Shown here one piece after another: positions 9,358 to 21,300 of a stretch of 64,000 nt of DNA (the first letter of the stretch is position 1; each line of letters opens with the position of its first letter). Source of the DNA: Ignavibacteriota bacterium (GTDB taxonomy: Bacteria; Bacteroidota; Ignavibacteria; Palsa-1295); contig CAWBEI010000002.1 of the NCBI GenBank assembly GCA_963787835.1, forward strand, positions 928,001-992,000. Direction: 5' to 3'. The translations under genes and the position numbers were made by a program. The notes beneath the pieces were generated by a model that worked only from the letters and a program-made list of their open reading frames with translations, was not told where the DNA came from and made no database searches.

Positions 9358-10257
9358 TTATTGATAGATCACAGAACGCATGGAAAGCGAACCCATGCTG
9401 ACGCCTTCATTGAAAAAGCTCATCGTGTCCTTGGGGTTCCGAACAGCGATGGAATAGAGAAGCGGCAAATAGTGATCATACGTAGGATGCGCGAGCCGAG
9501 CAATGTCGCCTAATTTCTGGAATCCGGCGAGTGCGTTATCGTCGTGATCGACGAGGTGCTTTTCGACCCATGCATCGAATTCTTCCGCCCACGTATAGTT
9601 TGGGCCTCCATCCCATTTGATTGCGCGCAGATTATGCACGATGTTCCCACTGCCGATTATCATAACGCCTTTTTCTCTCAGCCCGGCAAGCGATCTTGCG
9701 AATTCCAGATGTTGTTCGGGAGGCATTCGGTAGTCGAGGCTTAGTTGTACGACGGGAATATCCGCATTCGGATACATTTGCTTGAGCACGCTCCAGGTTC
9801 CGTGATCGAACCCCCATTCATCATCGAGCAGAATATGTTTTGGCTGCACGATCGCCTGCGTTTCGCTCGCAAGCGCAGGAGAACCCGGTGCGGGGTATTG
9901 AGCATCAAATAATTCCTGAGGAAACCCGCCGAAATCATGGATGGTCTTCGGATGCTCCATTGCGGTAACACGAATATCGCCGCGCGTAAGCCAGTGAGCG
10001 GAAATACTAAGGATTGCCTGCGGCCTGGGAAGTTCTTTGCCAATTTTTCTCCATTCGAGGGAGTATTCGTTCTCTTCGATGGCATTCATCGGGCTGCCAT
10101 GCCCCACGAAAAGCGCCGGCATCCGCTCGGTGCTTTTAATCGCGCGTACATCCAGGCCCAATAAGCCTTCCAGCTCTCTAACGCCCGCCGTCGCCTTATG
10201 CCCCGCTCCGACGAGCGCCGCTCCTGCTGCTGTTGCCATAAATGCTCTCCTGTCCAT
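9358..10257 (-). CDS. DODA/YgiD-type extradiol ring-cleavage dioxygenase
   Basis: GHGSPMNA, SAHW, DHGTW, GSGNIVHNL, HPTYDHYLPL; N-terminal RRAF Tat-like leader. Confidence 0.9.
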   Translation of the reverse strand: MDRRAFMATAAGAALVGAGHKATAGVRELEGLLGLDVRAIKSTERMPALFVGHGSPMNAIEENEYSLEWRKIGKELPRPQAILSISAHWLTRGDIRVTAMEHPKTIHDFGGFPQELFDAQYPAPGSPALASETQAIVQPKHILLDDEWGFDHGTWSVLKQMYPNADIPVVQLSLDYRMPPEQHLEFARSLAGLREKGVMIIGSGNIVHNLRAIKWDGGPNYTWAEEFDAWVEKHLVDHDDNALAGFQKLGDIARLAHPTYDHYLPLLYSIAVRNPKDTMSFFNEGVSMGSLSMRSVIYQ

Positions 10258-10345
10258 AAATATATCTGACCTCTTGAAGACATACGAAATTGAAAAATAT
10301 CTGTTTCAACAACTATCCACTCCTCCACTATCCACTACCAAAAAG

Positions 10346-10419
10346 TGGCCTCGGCAGGACTCGAACCTGCGACACCCAGTTTAGGAAACTGATGTTCTAT
10401 CCAACTGAACTACGAGGCC
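10346..10419 (-). tRNA. tRNA-Arg (anticodon CCT)
   Basis: Reverse complement GGCCTCG...TTCCTAA anticodon loop...GGTTCGAGTCC...CGAGGCCA folds as a cloverleaf; CCA not encoded. Confidence 0.95.
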
Positions 10420-10502
10420 AAATTGTAATTACGAATGACGAATTAATAATTACGAATTGGGGGAACAGTATCTGAGTCACTACGATTTCAAAAGGATCAA
10501 TA

Positions 10503-11522
10503 ATGAAAAGTACTTTAATTACAGTCCGAATAATCTTCTTTGTATTATCCATTGTTGCAATTGGAGGATGTTCCCATAAGCACGCGGCGCCCACGTCTGG
10601 ATCGTGGAGCAGTGCTTCCGATTCTGGCTTTGCACCTCGCGTATGGTTCACCACGAGCGTCGTTAATGGCAAGATCTACGCGATCGGTGGGTTTGGCGAT
10701 AGCTTGCTTTCAACAACGGTGGATGTTTTCGATCCGGCAACGAATAAATGGAACACCCTTGTCACGACCGGAACGTTCACGCCGCGTGGGAGCCTCGCCT
10801 CAGCAGTGGTGAATGGCAAGATCTATGTCGTGGGCGGAATGACCGGACCGGAAACACCGGATCACATGAGCAACGCGCTGGAGATATTCGATCCTCAAAC
10901 AAATGCGTGGAGCACCCCTGCAACTAAGGGAACCTTCACGCCGCGCAACAATCTCTGTGCATGTGTGATCGATGGGAAAATTTATACGATGGGCGGCTTC
11001 GATGCCAGTAACGATATTAATACGTTCGAAGTCTTCGACACCACGACGAACACATGGAGCACTCCGAACGCTCATGGTACATTTTCACCGCGTGGTGCAT
11101 TTACTGCCCATGCCATCGATGGGAAGATCTACGCGATCGGCGGGTTCAACAATCTTGCAGCAAAAGGTCACCGCGTGGTGAGTCAGGTCGATGTGTTCGA
11201 TCCTTCAACAAACACCTGGAGCACACCTGTTACAACTGGAACCTTTACTGCGCGGCTGCTGCATACCTCCGGCGTCATCGATGGCAAAATTTACGTGATC
11301 GGTGGGACGCCGAATATACGCGATCCTCTTACCACTAACACCGTCCAGATCTTTGACCCTGAAACGAATGCTTGGAGCACACCCACAACGACGGGAACGT
11401 TCACTCCCCGCTCCTATCTCTCATCTGGTGTTGTTGACAACAAGATCTATGTGCTTGGCGGGCAAGATACGAGCCGTGTTATGAATGTGAACGAGGTGTT
11501 CACGCCAAAACTGGAGAACTAA
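10503..11522 (+). CDS. Kelch-repeat beta-propeller lipoprotein
   Basis: Six ~48-aa repeats (GKIY.IGG...FDP.TN.WSTP..GTFTPR); lipobox IGGC. Confidence 0.88.
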   Translation: MKSTLITVRIIFFVLSIVAIGGCSHKHAAPTSGSWSSASDSGFAPRVWFTTSVVNGKIYAIGGFGDSLLSTTVDVFDPATNKWNTLVTTGTFTPRGSLASAVVNGKIYVVGGMTGPETPDHMSNALEIFDPQTNAWSTPATKGTFTPRNNLCACVIDGKIYTMGGFDASNDINTFEVFDTTTNTWSTPNAHGTFSPRGAFTAHAIDGKIYAIGGFNNLAAKGHRVVSQVDVFDPSTNTWSTPVTTGTFTARLLHTSGVIDGKIYVIGGTPNIRDPLTTNTVQIFDPETNAWSTPTTTGTFTPRSYLSSGVVDNKIYVLGGQDTSRVMNVNEVFTPKLEN

Positions 11523-11544
11523 ACTTCGATACCAAATGGACCGT

Positions 11545-11623
11545 ATAGAACAGGCTTTCAGCCCGAGTGCATGAACATAACAACGGACTAAAATCCCGCC
11601 AACAGGCTGAAAGACTGTGCTAC
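11545..11623. repeat. Degenerate GTAG-type REP doublet
   Basis: ATAGAACAGGCTTTCAGCC ... GGCTGAAAGACTGTGCTAC inverted pair; the GTAG end overlaps the STAS stop. Confidence 0.6.
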
Positions 11624-11994
11624 ACGATGAACGCATGCTCCGCCTCCCTCACGGTCGGAAATATCTGAAAGACGATCGGGAAACCAAGCAGATCGAGTAC
11701 ATGGAAGATCTTTTCTGGGAGCGCGGCAAGCTTCATATCGCCGCCAATGGCGCGGACTTCCTCGATGAGTCCCATGAGCACACCCAGTCCGGCGCTGGAG
11801 ATATATTCGAGATCGTGGAAATCGAGGACGAGTTGCCGCTTGCCTTCATCGCGCACCACACGCTCTAAGAATCGCTCAAATTCCGAGGCAGTGTGCGCAT
11901 CGAGCTGGCCGGCAAGTTCTATGACGGTAACAGTTGATGCCGTCACCGATGCCTCGGATACGGAAAAACGTGATTGATTATTTTGTACTTGCAT
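11620..11994 (-). CDS. STAS-domain anti-sigma factor antagonist (RsbV/SpoIIAA-like)
   Basis: GQLDAHTA, LEYISSAGLGVL phosphorylation motif. Confidence 0.92.
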   Translation of the reverse strand: MQVQNNQSRFSVSEASVTASTVTVIELAGQLDAHTASEFERFLERVVRDEGKRQLVLDFHDLEYISSAGLGVLMGLIEEVRAIGGDMKLAALPEKIFHVLDLLGFPIVFQIFPTVREAEHAFIV

Positions 11995-12019
11995 AATTAT
12001 TGATCGTTACTCGGTACGC

Positions 12020-14269
12020 TTATAAACATCGCATGACTACCAGCGTCGCATCGTCATCAAAATTCCCAGAATCGGTGAACTCGGCAACCGAAGCGAGAAC
12101 TTTTAACGTCATGTCGCGTGCACGAGGAATGTCGAGATTTTCCCGAACATACCTCGCAAGGCGATCGTAGCCAAGCTCATGACCCTCTGCATTACGTGCA
12201 TCAGTGATACCATCGCTGAAAAGAACGAGCACATCGCCCGGAAGTACATCGATTGCGATCTCTTCAAGCGCCTCGACAAATATGGCTTGGCGAATCAGCC
12301 CGACGGCCATCCCGACCGGCTGCAGGAAACGGTACGTCCCATCGGCCCGAACATGCAGCAGAGGCGTATGCCCGGCGCGTGCATAGCGAACTCCTTTTTT
12401 TCCAAATGAAACGAGTCCCAGTGTTACGAACGAACGGCGCAGCGAAGTCAGCGATGGGGAATTGTGCAGAAGCGCACCGTTCGTGCCTTCGAGAAGTTCC
12501 GCCATGCTTGCCATGACAGGCGCAAGCGCCTGCACGACGCCTTTTGTTTCCGCCATATACAGCGATGCAGAGATTCCCTTGCCGGATACATCGCCGATCG
12601 CGATCATGGGTGAACCGTCCCACAGGGTGGAAAAATCGTAGTAATCTCCGCCTACATCGTAGGCTGGAATGCTAATAGCATAAATATCGAAACCGGGCAC
12701 ATCTGGGAACCGCTCGGGCAACAAGCTTTTTTGCATGACGCGAGCGGCGCGGAGTTCACCATCGAATTTCTGTTTTTCAACGGAATCCTGCACCAGGCTG
12801 GCCGTTTCCAGCGCGAGCGATGCGACATCACTGAACGCAGTAAGCACGGTTAGATCGTCATCATCAAACCCATCTTCACGGTGCTTGGCAAGATAAAGAC
12901 CACCGCGCACTTCGTTCTTGTGCATCAGCGGGACGGCAACCATCGAGTTCAGGACTTTATTTTCTTTAATTTCTCCGGATGGCGGAAAGATATATTGCCT
13001 GTCACTGATCCGCTTTCGAATAATGAACGGCTTTCTGGATCGTTCGAGCTCGCCTCGCGGTGAGGGAACTTGCAGTTCTGCGTTTGCAAATCCTTCTGCC
13101 TCTTCCATGATGCTTGCCGCCGCTTGTTCACCGATATTCGTGTACGAGCGTATGAATTCATCATTTCCTAATCCTCCGGCGAGAAACCCGGAAGTACCAT
13201 TCTCCGAATTCGATCTCAATTCGAGCCATGCGGAATCCGATTCCGTTGCTTCTGCGGCAAGCATGGTTATTTGCTCGGCAAGCTTTGGAAGGTCGAGAAG
13301 TAATTCGCTCGACAGAATATCCGATGAGAATCTGGTGAGCTTCGCCAGCGATTGGACCTCTGCGGATTTCCGTTCTACAAGATCTGTTGAGGATAACGTG
13401 AATAGCGCGCTAAAAAACACGAGCGTAAAATAGATCGCGAGTGTTGCGAAGGTCGTAAGCGCAATGCCATGCCAAAAAAGCGCGTACCGCTCGAACAGCA
13501 CATCGGCCTTTAGCCAATCCCAGTCCCTCCCGAACGCAAGCAATGCGGCGATCGCAAGTATCGTGTTAATCGCCGCGAACAGTAGCAAGCGTCGTTTCCC
13601 CTCACGAGTAACTCTCGGAAGCCAGGGTAGCCGGTATCCGAGCAGTAATGCAGCTACCCCTACCAGCAGCATGATGGAGAATAGTATCGAAGTTGTCAGC
13701 GTAGTGGTTGGCACCACGTTCTCGCCCTGCCATAAACTTCCCAAACTTACAGCACCCACCGCAATAGCCCATCCGATAAACCTTCTTCGCGAAAACCGTG
13801 GCGATTGCCGTACTTGTGCAAGCTGCCAGAAGCTTAGCAGTAGCACCACGAGCATGATCAGCCAAAAAAGGCCCATAATGTCGATCGAGATCACCGTCGA
13901 AAACGATTTTGCTTCGATCTTAAAGGGACTCGAGGCTGGGAGCTCACGTGTTGAGATCCGGAATAAAAAGGGTACCAGCGAGAACAAAACCGCTCCCGTT
14001 AGCACAGCGGCGAAACGTTCGGTAAGACGAACTGGCCAATCTGCCGACATTCGCGACTCTTCCATGATACTGACCGAAGAAGTTCGGAAGAACAACACTT
14101 CCAGAGCGCGCGCGAACCAAAGCATGGCTGCTCCCTGCACGCCGGCACGAATGAGTTCCAGCATCGCACCCTGCATCGCGGTGGTAGAAAGTGCCACGAT
14201 GTCAAGCACTAACAGCGCTGATAGGATCAGCACCGCTAAGACCATGTAAAAAAGTGCTCTCGTACGCAT
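12020..14269 (-). CDS. Membrane-bound GAF + PP2C/SpoIIE (RsbU-like) phosphatase
   Basis: N-terminal multi-TM region; VGGDYYDF, GDVSGKG, SDGITDA, DDATLV. Confidence 0.9.
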   Translation of the reverse strand: MRTRALFYMVLAVLILSALLVLDIVALSTTAMQGAMLELIRAGVQGAAMLWFARALEVLFFRTSSVSIMEESRMSADWPVRLTERFAAVLTGAVLFSLVPFLFRISTRELPASSPFKIEAKSFSTVISIDIMGLFWLIMLVVLLLSFWQLAQVRQSPRFSRRRFIGWAIAVGAVSLGSLWQGENVVPTTTLTTSILFSIMLLVGVAALLLGYRLPWLPRVTREGKRRLLLFAAINTILAIAALLAFGRDWDWLKADVLFERYALFWHGIALTTFATLAIYFTLVFFSALFTLSSTDLVERKSAEVQSLAKLTRFSSDILSSELLLDLPKLAEQITMLAAEATESDSAWLELRSNSENGTSGFLAGGLGNDEFIRSYTNIGEQAAASIMEEAEGFANAELQVPSPRGELERSRKPFIIRKRISDRQYIFPPSGEIKENKVLNSMVAVPLMHKNEVRGGLYLAKHREDGFDDDDLTVLTAFSDVASLALETASLVQDSVEKQKFDGELRAARVMQKSLLPERFPDVPGFDIYAISIPAYDVGGDYYDFSTLWDGSPMIAIGDVSGKGISASLYMAETKGVVQALAPVMASMAELLEGTNGALLHNSPSLTSLRRSFVTLGLVSFGKKGVRYARAGHTPLLHVRADGTYRFLQPVGMAVGLIRQAIFVEALEEIAIDVLPGDVLVLFSDGITDARNAEGHELGYDRLARYVRENLDIPRARDMTLKVLASVAEFTDSGNFDDDATLVVMRCL

Positions 14270-14386
14270 TGATGGCTTTTGAGGAGGTTATCTGTAAAAC
14301 GGAGCGTCTTGAAGATTCATCACCATCTCACCTACAAATTAATTACTTCAGAAGAACAGTCCTCGAATGTTTGAGGTTTGCAGGGT

Positions 14387-15211
14387 ATGCGTTCTTTCGA
14401 TCCTGACCTTACCTCGCATCAAGAGATCCACCGATTGCTGGTGGGCGGCGTAGCGCCCAGACCTATCGCACTTGTTTCTTCGCTGAACAAGGATGGGGCG
14501 AGTAACCTTTCGCCGTTCAGCTTTTTTAACGTCTTCGGGGTGAACCCAGCGGTGCTTACTTTTAGCCCGGCATATTCCGGGAAGACGGGTATGCCGAAGC
14601 ATACGATGCTCAACATTCTGGAGACGCGCGAATGCACGGTCTCCATCGTCACCTATGACATGGTCCACCAAATCTCGCTTGCTTCTGCACCGTACGACCG
14701 GAGTGTTGATGAGTTTACAAAATCCGGATTATCGAAACGTCCCAGTGTCAAGGTTGCTCCACCGGGGGTTGCGGAAAGCCCCTTCATCATGGAGGCAAAA
14801 CTGCTCGATCATATTGACTTTGGCAGACAACCGGGCAGCGCTAATCTCATGATCTGTGAGGTGGTGATGGTGCATGTGAACGAAAAAGTTCTTACTGAGC
14901 ATGGCGGGATCGATCCGCTTCTGATCGATCAAGTGGCACGATTGGGTGGCGCTTATTATACTCGAGCCAAACGTGGCATCTTTGCGCTGCCACAGCCTGG
15001 TAAACCACTTGCCGGAATCGATCGCCTTCCAGAAGAGGTTCGTTCCAGCCCGATCCTTACTGGGCGACATTTAGCTCAGCTTGCAAGCCTGGAAGACATC
15101 CCATTTGATTTTGTTGAAGATGATGCCACCATCGATGCCCGCCACAACGCCGCGCGTGAGCATCTCGATAATGGTGATGTTGCCGCAGCCTGGCGCGCGC
15201 TTGCTGGATAA
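14387..15211 (+). CDS. Flavin reductase-like (DIM6/NTAB) protein
   Basis: PRPIALVSS, NLSPFSFFN, VAESP, RLGG. Confidence 0.85.
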   Translation: MRSFDPDLTSHQEIHRLLVGGVAPRPIALVSSLNKDGASNLSPFSFFNVFGVNPAVLTFSPAYSGKTGMPKHTMLNILETRECTVSIVTYDMVHQISLASAPYDRSVDEFTKSGLSKRPSVKVAPPGVAESPFIMEAKLLDHIDFGRQPGSANLMICEVVMVHVNEKVLTEHGGIDPLLIDQVARLGGAYYTRAKRGIFALPQPGKPLAGIDRLPEEVRSSPILTGRHLAQLASLEDIPFDFVEDDATIDARHNAAREHLDNGDVAAAWRALAG

Positions 15212-15216
15212 AGGAT

Positions 15217-15238
15217 CGCAAACTAAAGTTTGCGCTAC
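15217..15238. repeat. Single GTAG-type REP
   Basis: CGCAAAC-TAAA-GTTTGCG-CTAC (hairpin plus GTAG on the minus strand). Confidence 0.6.
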
Positions 15239-15257
15239 ACCTCTTTAAAACACCTGA

Positions 15258-15286
15258 CCCCGCCGCTCCGAATTAGAGCGGCGGGG
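15258..15286. terminator. GC-rich hairpin between convergent genes
   Basis: CCCCGCCGCTC / GAGCGGCGGGG 11-bp stem. Confidence 0.65.
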
Positions 15287-15332
15287 CCGGTGTGAACTCT
15301 CTCTGACGTTAGTGTATAAAATTTGTAGAACC

Positions 15333-15360
15333 CTCCACGGATGATCGCTCATCCGTGGAG
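15333..15360. terminator. Second hairpin just downstream of the giant gene
   Basis: CTCCACGGATGA-tcgc-TCATCCGTGGAG 12-bp stem. Confidence 0.6.
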
Positions 15361-15377
15361 TTGGTTCCAATCTTTAA

Positions 15378-18300
15378 TTAGTGATTGACGATCTGGTAGT
15401 GGATCTTGAACGTACCAGTGCCAAACTGAGCGGCAGTGGTATAGACATCGAAGTGTCCTGTGTCGAATCCAGAGCCATTTGATGCGTCATTTCCTACGCT
15501 GACGAGTCCATTCGGTCCAGCCGTACTTGCTTCGACCGTAATAAGGATCGAGCTGTTAGAACGAACGAGCGTGTTATAGATCTGGATTTCCGTATTACCA
15601 GCGGCTTGGTCAGCAGCAGTAAGTACGTAGGTATCAGTCCATGCATCCTGAGGATTGCCAGCTTGTCCCGTGTTTCCGTTCGTACCGGAAACAACGTTAC
15701 CGCCAACGCCTGCTGCAGCATTACCAACTTCGAGAGCAACAGTTGCCGTCGAGCCAGTACCTTCAGCCATGATCCCGATTCCGGAAACAGAAGGACTGAT
15801 GTCGATGCCAGTGCCGCCTGTGATCCCTGTTACGGACTCACCGGTTGCAGCTCCGACACCTTCGATCGTCTCACCAGTACCCGCGCCGCCCATTCTCACG
15901 TCAACACCTGTACCGGCGGTCATCTCGACCAACGCACCCACAGAGGTTGCGCTATTCACGTTTTGAACTCGGAGGCCGCTATTACCAGCTCCTGTACCAT
16001 TGATCATGTTGACGTTCAAGCCTACAGCACTCGTTACCGGATTGCTGAAGTTGACATTCACGCCATTGGAATTGCTGAGCACGTTGTTCACGAGCACACC
16101 ATTACCAGTGTTCGAGCTTGCATCAACCTGAACTCCTGTGTTTGCACCGGAAGTCACGTTCACACCGACCGAACCATTACCCGAAGAGGTAATATTCGCA
16201 CCGATGTTTGAGAGTGTTCCAGAGCCATCTACGCTTGCGGTGATGCCTGTGATGTTCGTACCGCCGCCTGCTGCATTGAATGCACCTGCTACCGCTGTAT
16301 TACCAGCGTTCGTTGTGGCAGTTGCAGAGATAGCAGTTACATTGCCGCCGCCGTTGGCCTGCGCACGAAGTGCGGTGCCACCATTCGCTGTGTTATCGGC
16401 CGCTACCGCGTATGTGCCAGCAATGTCGCTAAAGCCCATGTTCGCTGCGTTGACAATGTTGGTTGGCAAAGCAAACGATGCGTTCGTGGTGCCAAGCACT
16501 CCGTAGTTATTGGCTGCGGCAGTAACGCCATCTAATCCATAAATGCCGGCTGCAAAGGCAGTCGTATTTGGAACATATCCAAACACGCCGATACCATACG
16601 AACCTGTACCTGAATTTATACCGCCAACAGCCTCACCCTCTTCCTGATTGGTTTCGCCATAGACGCCTGAGCCAATTGCATCATTGGAAGGAACTGTCAC
16701 GCCGTTAAGGCCCATAACACCTGCTGCAGGTGCACCAGCCGAATTCTGCAAGCCTACGATTGCAACGGAGCCTGCTGCGCCTGTGTAGGAGCCCGCGCCA
16801 TTAACTGATGCCTGAACGCCAAGCCCTGTACCAGAGAACGCAACATTCACGCCGGTTCCAGTTGCGCCGCCCGAGTAGTTAAAGCCGATTCCCGTACCAG
16901 TCGAACCGTCGTAGTTTACGCCGGTTGACGTACCCATCGCCGTAAGTTCAATGCCCTCACCCGTCGGAGCACCGGTGATATCAATACCACCGGTTACGCC
17001 GGCAACATTGATCTGTTCTCCAAACGATGTAGCAGGGATGGCGTTGACAGTCAAGACTGGTGTTCCACCCGTCGTCGTTGAACCGTCCATCGTCATCGAG
17101 CCACCTGGCGTGTATGGGTCAGCAGTATTGAAGTAGATCTGGGGAGCTGCAGCACTTGTCGTGAAGTTTGCCACACCTGCCGCAGTGATCCACCAATTCG
17201 ACGTTCCTGGATGACCGATCGCCGTGGTGAAATTACCCGTGGTGTTAATCGTAGTGTTGCCGAGAACAGTGTTTGAACCGTTGATGGCATTTGTACCGCC
17301 AGAGTTACCAATGGTGTTCGCAGCGCTAGTTCCTGTGCCGAACGAATTCGTAGCGTTAGCTCCTGCGCCAAACGTGTTGGTCAGACCGGCACCCGTACCG
17401 ATCGTCGAGGCACCCGAAGAGGTGATCGTTGTGAAGGCACCAGTACCTGGTGTTGCCAAACCGATATGGGTAAAGTTTGCCGAACCCGTTGGGCTGACAT
17501 TCCATGTGTTACCCGTACCGGTGACATCGTACGTCCCAGTACCAGTCGTAGCGATGGTCAATGCATTCTGTGTACCCGTTGCATTAATCTGCTCGCCGCC
17601 GGTAACAACCAGCGCATTGCTGTTGCCATTGTTGGCGACCGTAAGTGCCGTTCCTGCATTCGCAGCCTGACCCAAGAGAGATCCTTGCGCCAAACCAGTG
17701 TAGCTTCCAGAGGTATGCACGAGCGTTACGCCGGTGTTACCAAGCTGGATCTCATTGGCAGTGCTGACGCTCGCGCCAGCACCAAGTGCCGTTGAATTGG
17801 TCGCGCTGGCACCAGCCGCTTCGCCGAGGGCAGTAGAACCGCTGCCACTTGCCCCTGCGCCTTCACCCAAGGCAGTAGCATTGATGTTGCTGGCGGATGA
17901 TGTAGCACCGATCGCCGAAGATTGAACACCACTCGCATCCGCATTTTGGCCAACAGATACCGCAGAGTTTGCCGTGGCATAGGCATCAAAGCCGACCGCT
18001 ACGGCACTGCCGCCGGTCGAACTTGAAAACGCGCCAACCGCAACATTATCACTCGTAGAACCTCCCGCCGCATCGTATCCAAAGACAGCGTTGGAACCTC
18101 CCGTGGCAGTTGCCAATGCGCCAACAAGGATATTTAGCGAACCAGGGTTTGAAAGCACCGTCGTGCCGCCGATTTGGTAGAGACCGGTCGTAGCAGTGGA
18201 GTTGCTTACACCTCCCGTGTTAACGTTTGTCAGCGTGGTGATGAGGGCGCTAGCCGAGATCGAAGTTGGAGCGCCAGTGATATTGATACCAGTCGTTGTT

Positions 18301-21300
18301 GCATTGATCGCAATGCCGGTTCCGAATGGATCAATATTAAGACCGGTTCCGCCGCCGCCTGCGCCGCCAGTGATCTGAACGCCGTTGCTGCCAGCAGCAG
18401 CTCCACCGTTGATCTGCTCCGCATAGATGCCGTTAGCAGATGTGCCGTTGATCGTAACCGTCGGCACCGTCGTGTTCCCGTTGACATTGAATGTCATCGA
18501 GGTATTCGCAGTGTAAGACTGTGCATTGTTAAATGCAATGTTCGGAGCCGAAAGCAATGCTGCCCATACGTTACCGGCATCGACCGTGGCGGAGTAGATT
18601 GTACCCGTCACTTCTTCGTCGCCAGCGATGACCGCCTCGAAGTTGTTCAACGCGAACGGAGCAGCCGGTAGCGTACCTGCGCCCGCCCATGCCGTTACAA
18701 CGCCATTGATGTCGAGCCAGGTCTGATTGGTGCCTGCACCGATCGTGGTCAGAGCAGTACCCGTAGTGTTGATGTTGGTAATTCCAGTGACGGTCGAGGT
18801 GCCGTTGATGGCATTCGTGCCAGTCGAATTTCCAAAGGTATTAATTGCACCCGTACCCGCACCGAAGGTATTGGTCGTTCCAGCGCCCGTTGCAAGGGTT
18901 GTGTTGCCGGACGAAGCGAGCGTCGTGAACCAAGCCGCCGCAGGTACCGTGTTGCCAATGATCACATTGTTCATGTGCGTGGCAAGCCCTGCTCCAGGGA
19001 CGCCAGGAGCCCCGGGGGCTGCGTAGGATCCCAAAATGTCGTCAACAACATTGATCGGCGTGCCAGGCACGTACCCACCAAGATTGTGGAAGTAACCGTT
19101 CTGCGCCTCGATGGTCGTTGCACTGAATGCATTTGTTGTGAATGTTCCGGAGACGTTTACGTCGCCATTGACCACAACTTCATAGCCGCCAGATGGGACA
19201 GCGCCAACCAAGGTTGGAACACCGTCCACAACCAACTTCGTACCGTCCGTCGTAGAGCCACCGTCGATGACAACTTTACCGTTGAGATCATTGACTGCGA
19301 AGTTACCGGTTTCTGCGAGATTATCGTCGCCATAACCGATGGTGTTGGTCGTGTTTGCACCTACACCGATATTATTCGTGGTACCGGCTCCGCCGCCAAT
19401 GGTATTGGTTGCGCCAGTGCCATTGCCGAACGTATTCGTGAGGCCGTTACCCGTTGCAATATTAGAATTGCCCGATGAGCCGAGCGTTGTGAACGCACCG
19501 GTGCTCGGCGTTGTCGCGCCGACAGAGGTGTTATTGATCGTTCCGCCCGTGATCGTGAAGTTCGATCCGGAAACGTTATTGGCTCCGAACGACGCAGTGC
19601 CGTTAAAGGTCGAATTCCCATTGACGGTGTTCGTGCCGTTGATGGTGTTCGATCCACCAGAAGCGCCGATGGTGTTGACAGCGCCGATTCCCGTGCCGAT
19701 CGAGTTAACGTCGCCCGAGTTGTTACCAAATGTATTGACCGTGTTAGCGCCCGAACCGATATTCGAGTTACCGGTCGAGTTGAGAATTCCGTTATCCTGA
19801 ATTCCGTTGACTGTGAATAGTCCGGTCACCGTGAGCGTACCGCCGACCGTGGTGTTACCACTCAGAGTACTTGTACCGCCAACAGAAAGATTACCGCCCG
19901 CAGTAACGTTGCCCGTTGTTGCGGTGATGTTGCCGGTTGTGGAGGTGATGTTGCCAGTCGTGCTGATGGCACCAGTGTTCGTAATACCATTTGTGGTGAG
20001 CGAACCAACGACCGTTGTGTTGCCGGTCAGATTGGTTGTGCCGCCAACCGTGAGATTGCCGTTGTCAGTGATGTTACCAGCCGTGGAGAGCGCGCCGCCA
20101 TCAGTGATTGCGCCACCCGTCGAAAGCGTACCGCCATCGGTGATGTTGCCCGATGAAGTAAGCGTAGCAGTGGAAATACCGCCAGAGTTCGTGATGCTCG
20201 TCGTGGTGAGCGCACCAACCGTAGTAGCACCCAATGTGCTCGTGCCCGTAACCGTAAGATTACCGCCATCGGTAATGTTGCCAGTCGAGCTAAGCGTGCC
20301 AGTCGAGATAGCACCTGTGTTCGTGATACCGTTAAAGCTCTGGCCTACTGTCCACGTGTTCGCATTGTTGGTGTTGAGCGAAATGCTTCCGCTGCCGCCG
20401 AGCGATACCGGCCATCCACCAAGATTGATCGAACCATTGCTTGTAGCGCCGATCGTGGAGTTCTGCAGCTTTGCGTTCGTTACCGAACCGTTGGCAAGCT
20501 GTACCGATCCGATGCCGCCAGGAAGAATATAAAGATAATTTCCGTTGGCAACCCCAGTTACGCCGATCGTGCTGTTGTCAACATTGACATCGAGTAAGCC
20601 CGCCGCATCTTGCAGAAGGCCGATACCCGCGATACCGCTGATCTTCTGGCCGGTGACCGCGCCAGGAGGAATCATCTGACCGGTGATAGCACCAGGTCCG
20701 ATAGAAATGCTTACTGCACCAGTAGAAGCGTTCTCAACAAGTCCGCCGCCAGCCGTTAAGCTGCTGACGCCTCCGCTTGCGCCACCGATCGTGACCGTAT
20801 TACCAACGGTGGTAACCGTGATCGGCGCAGTTCCTTGAATGACAAAGTTGCCATTGGCATCCGGACCCTGACCATTGATGGTATTGATGGTCCCGGTTGC
20901 GAGAAGATTGTTCGGAATTCCCTTTGGAAGGAATCCGGGGTCGAGCTTGGCAGTCCCTTCGTATCCTTCGCCGATCGGCACCGGGAAGAGATCCCCAGCA
21001 ACAGGCACAGGCGAAGCCTGAATGCCGTTAACTGCTCCGGCGTTGACCGCATAGGGTGCGGACCAAAGCTCGGTCGGAGCGAGGGTGGTCAGACCGCCTG
21101 GAGTGGAAACCACAACCTGCATGAGGTATTGTGAGTTGAACGTCACGCCAGCAGGGAACGGAGCCGTAGCGCCGCCAATGACCACATTAAAGATACCACC
21201 GGCAACGGTCACAGACGGAATCGTTTCCGTATAGATCGGAGACGATGTGCTTTGGTCGATGAGGGTTATCGTGAGGGTAACAGTGCCATCGGGAAGTGGC

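Noticed and set aside
2753-10419. Genomic island integrated at tRNA-Arg
   Set aside because: No integrase and no duplicated tRNA 3' end found by eye.
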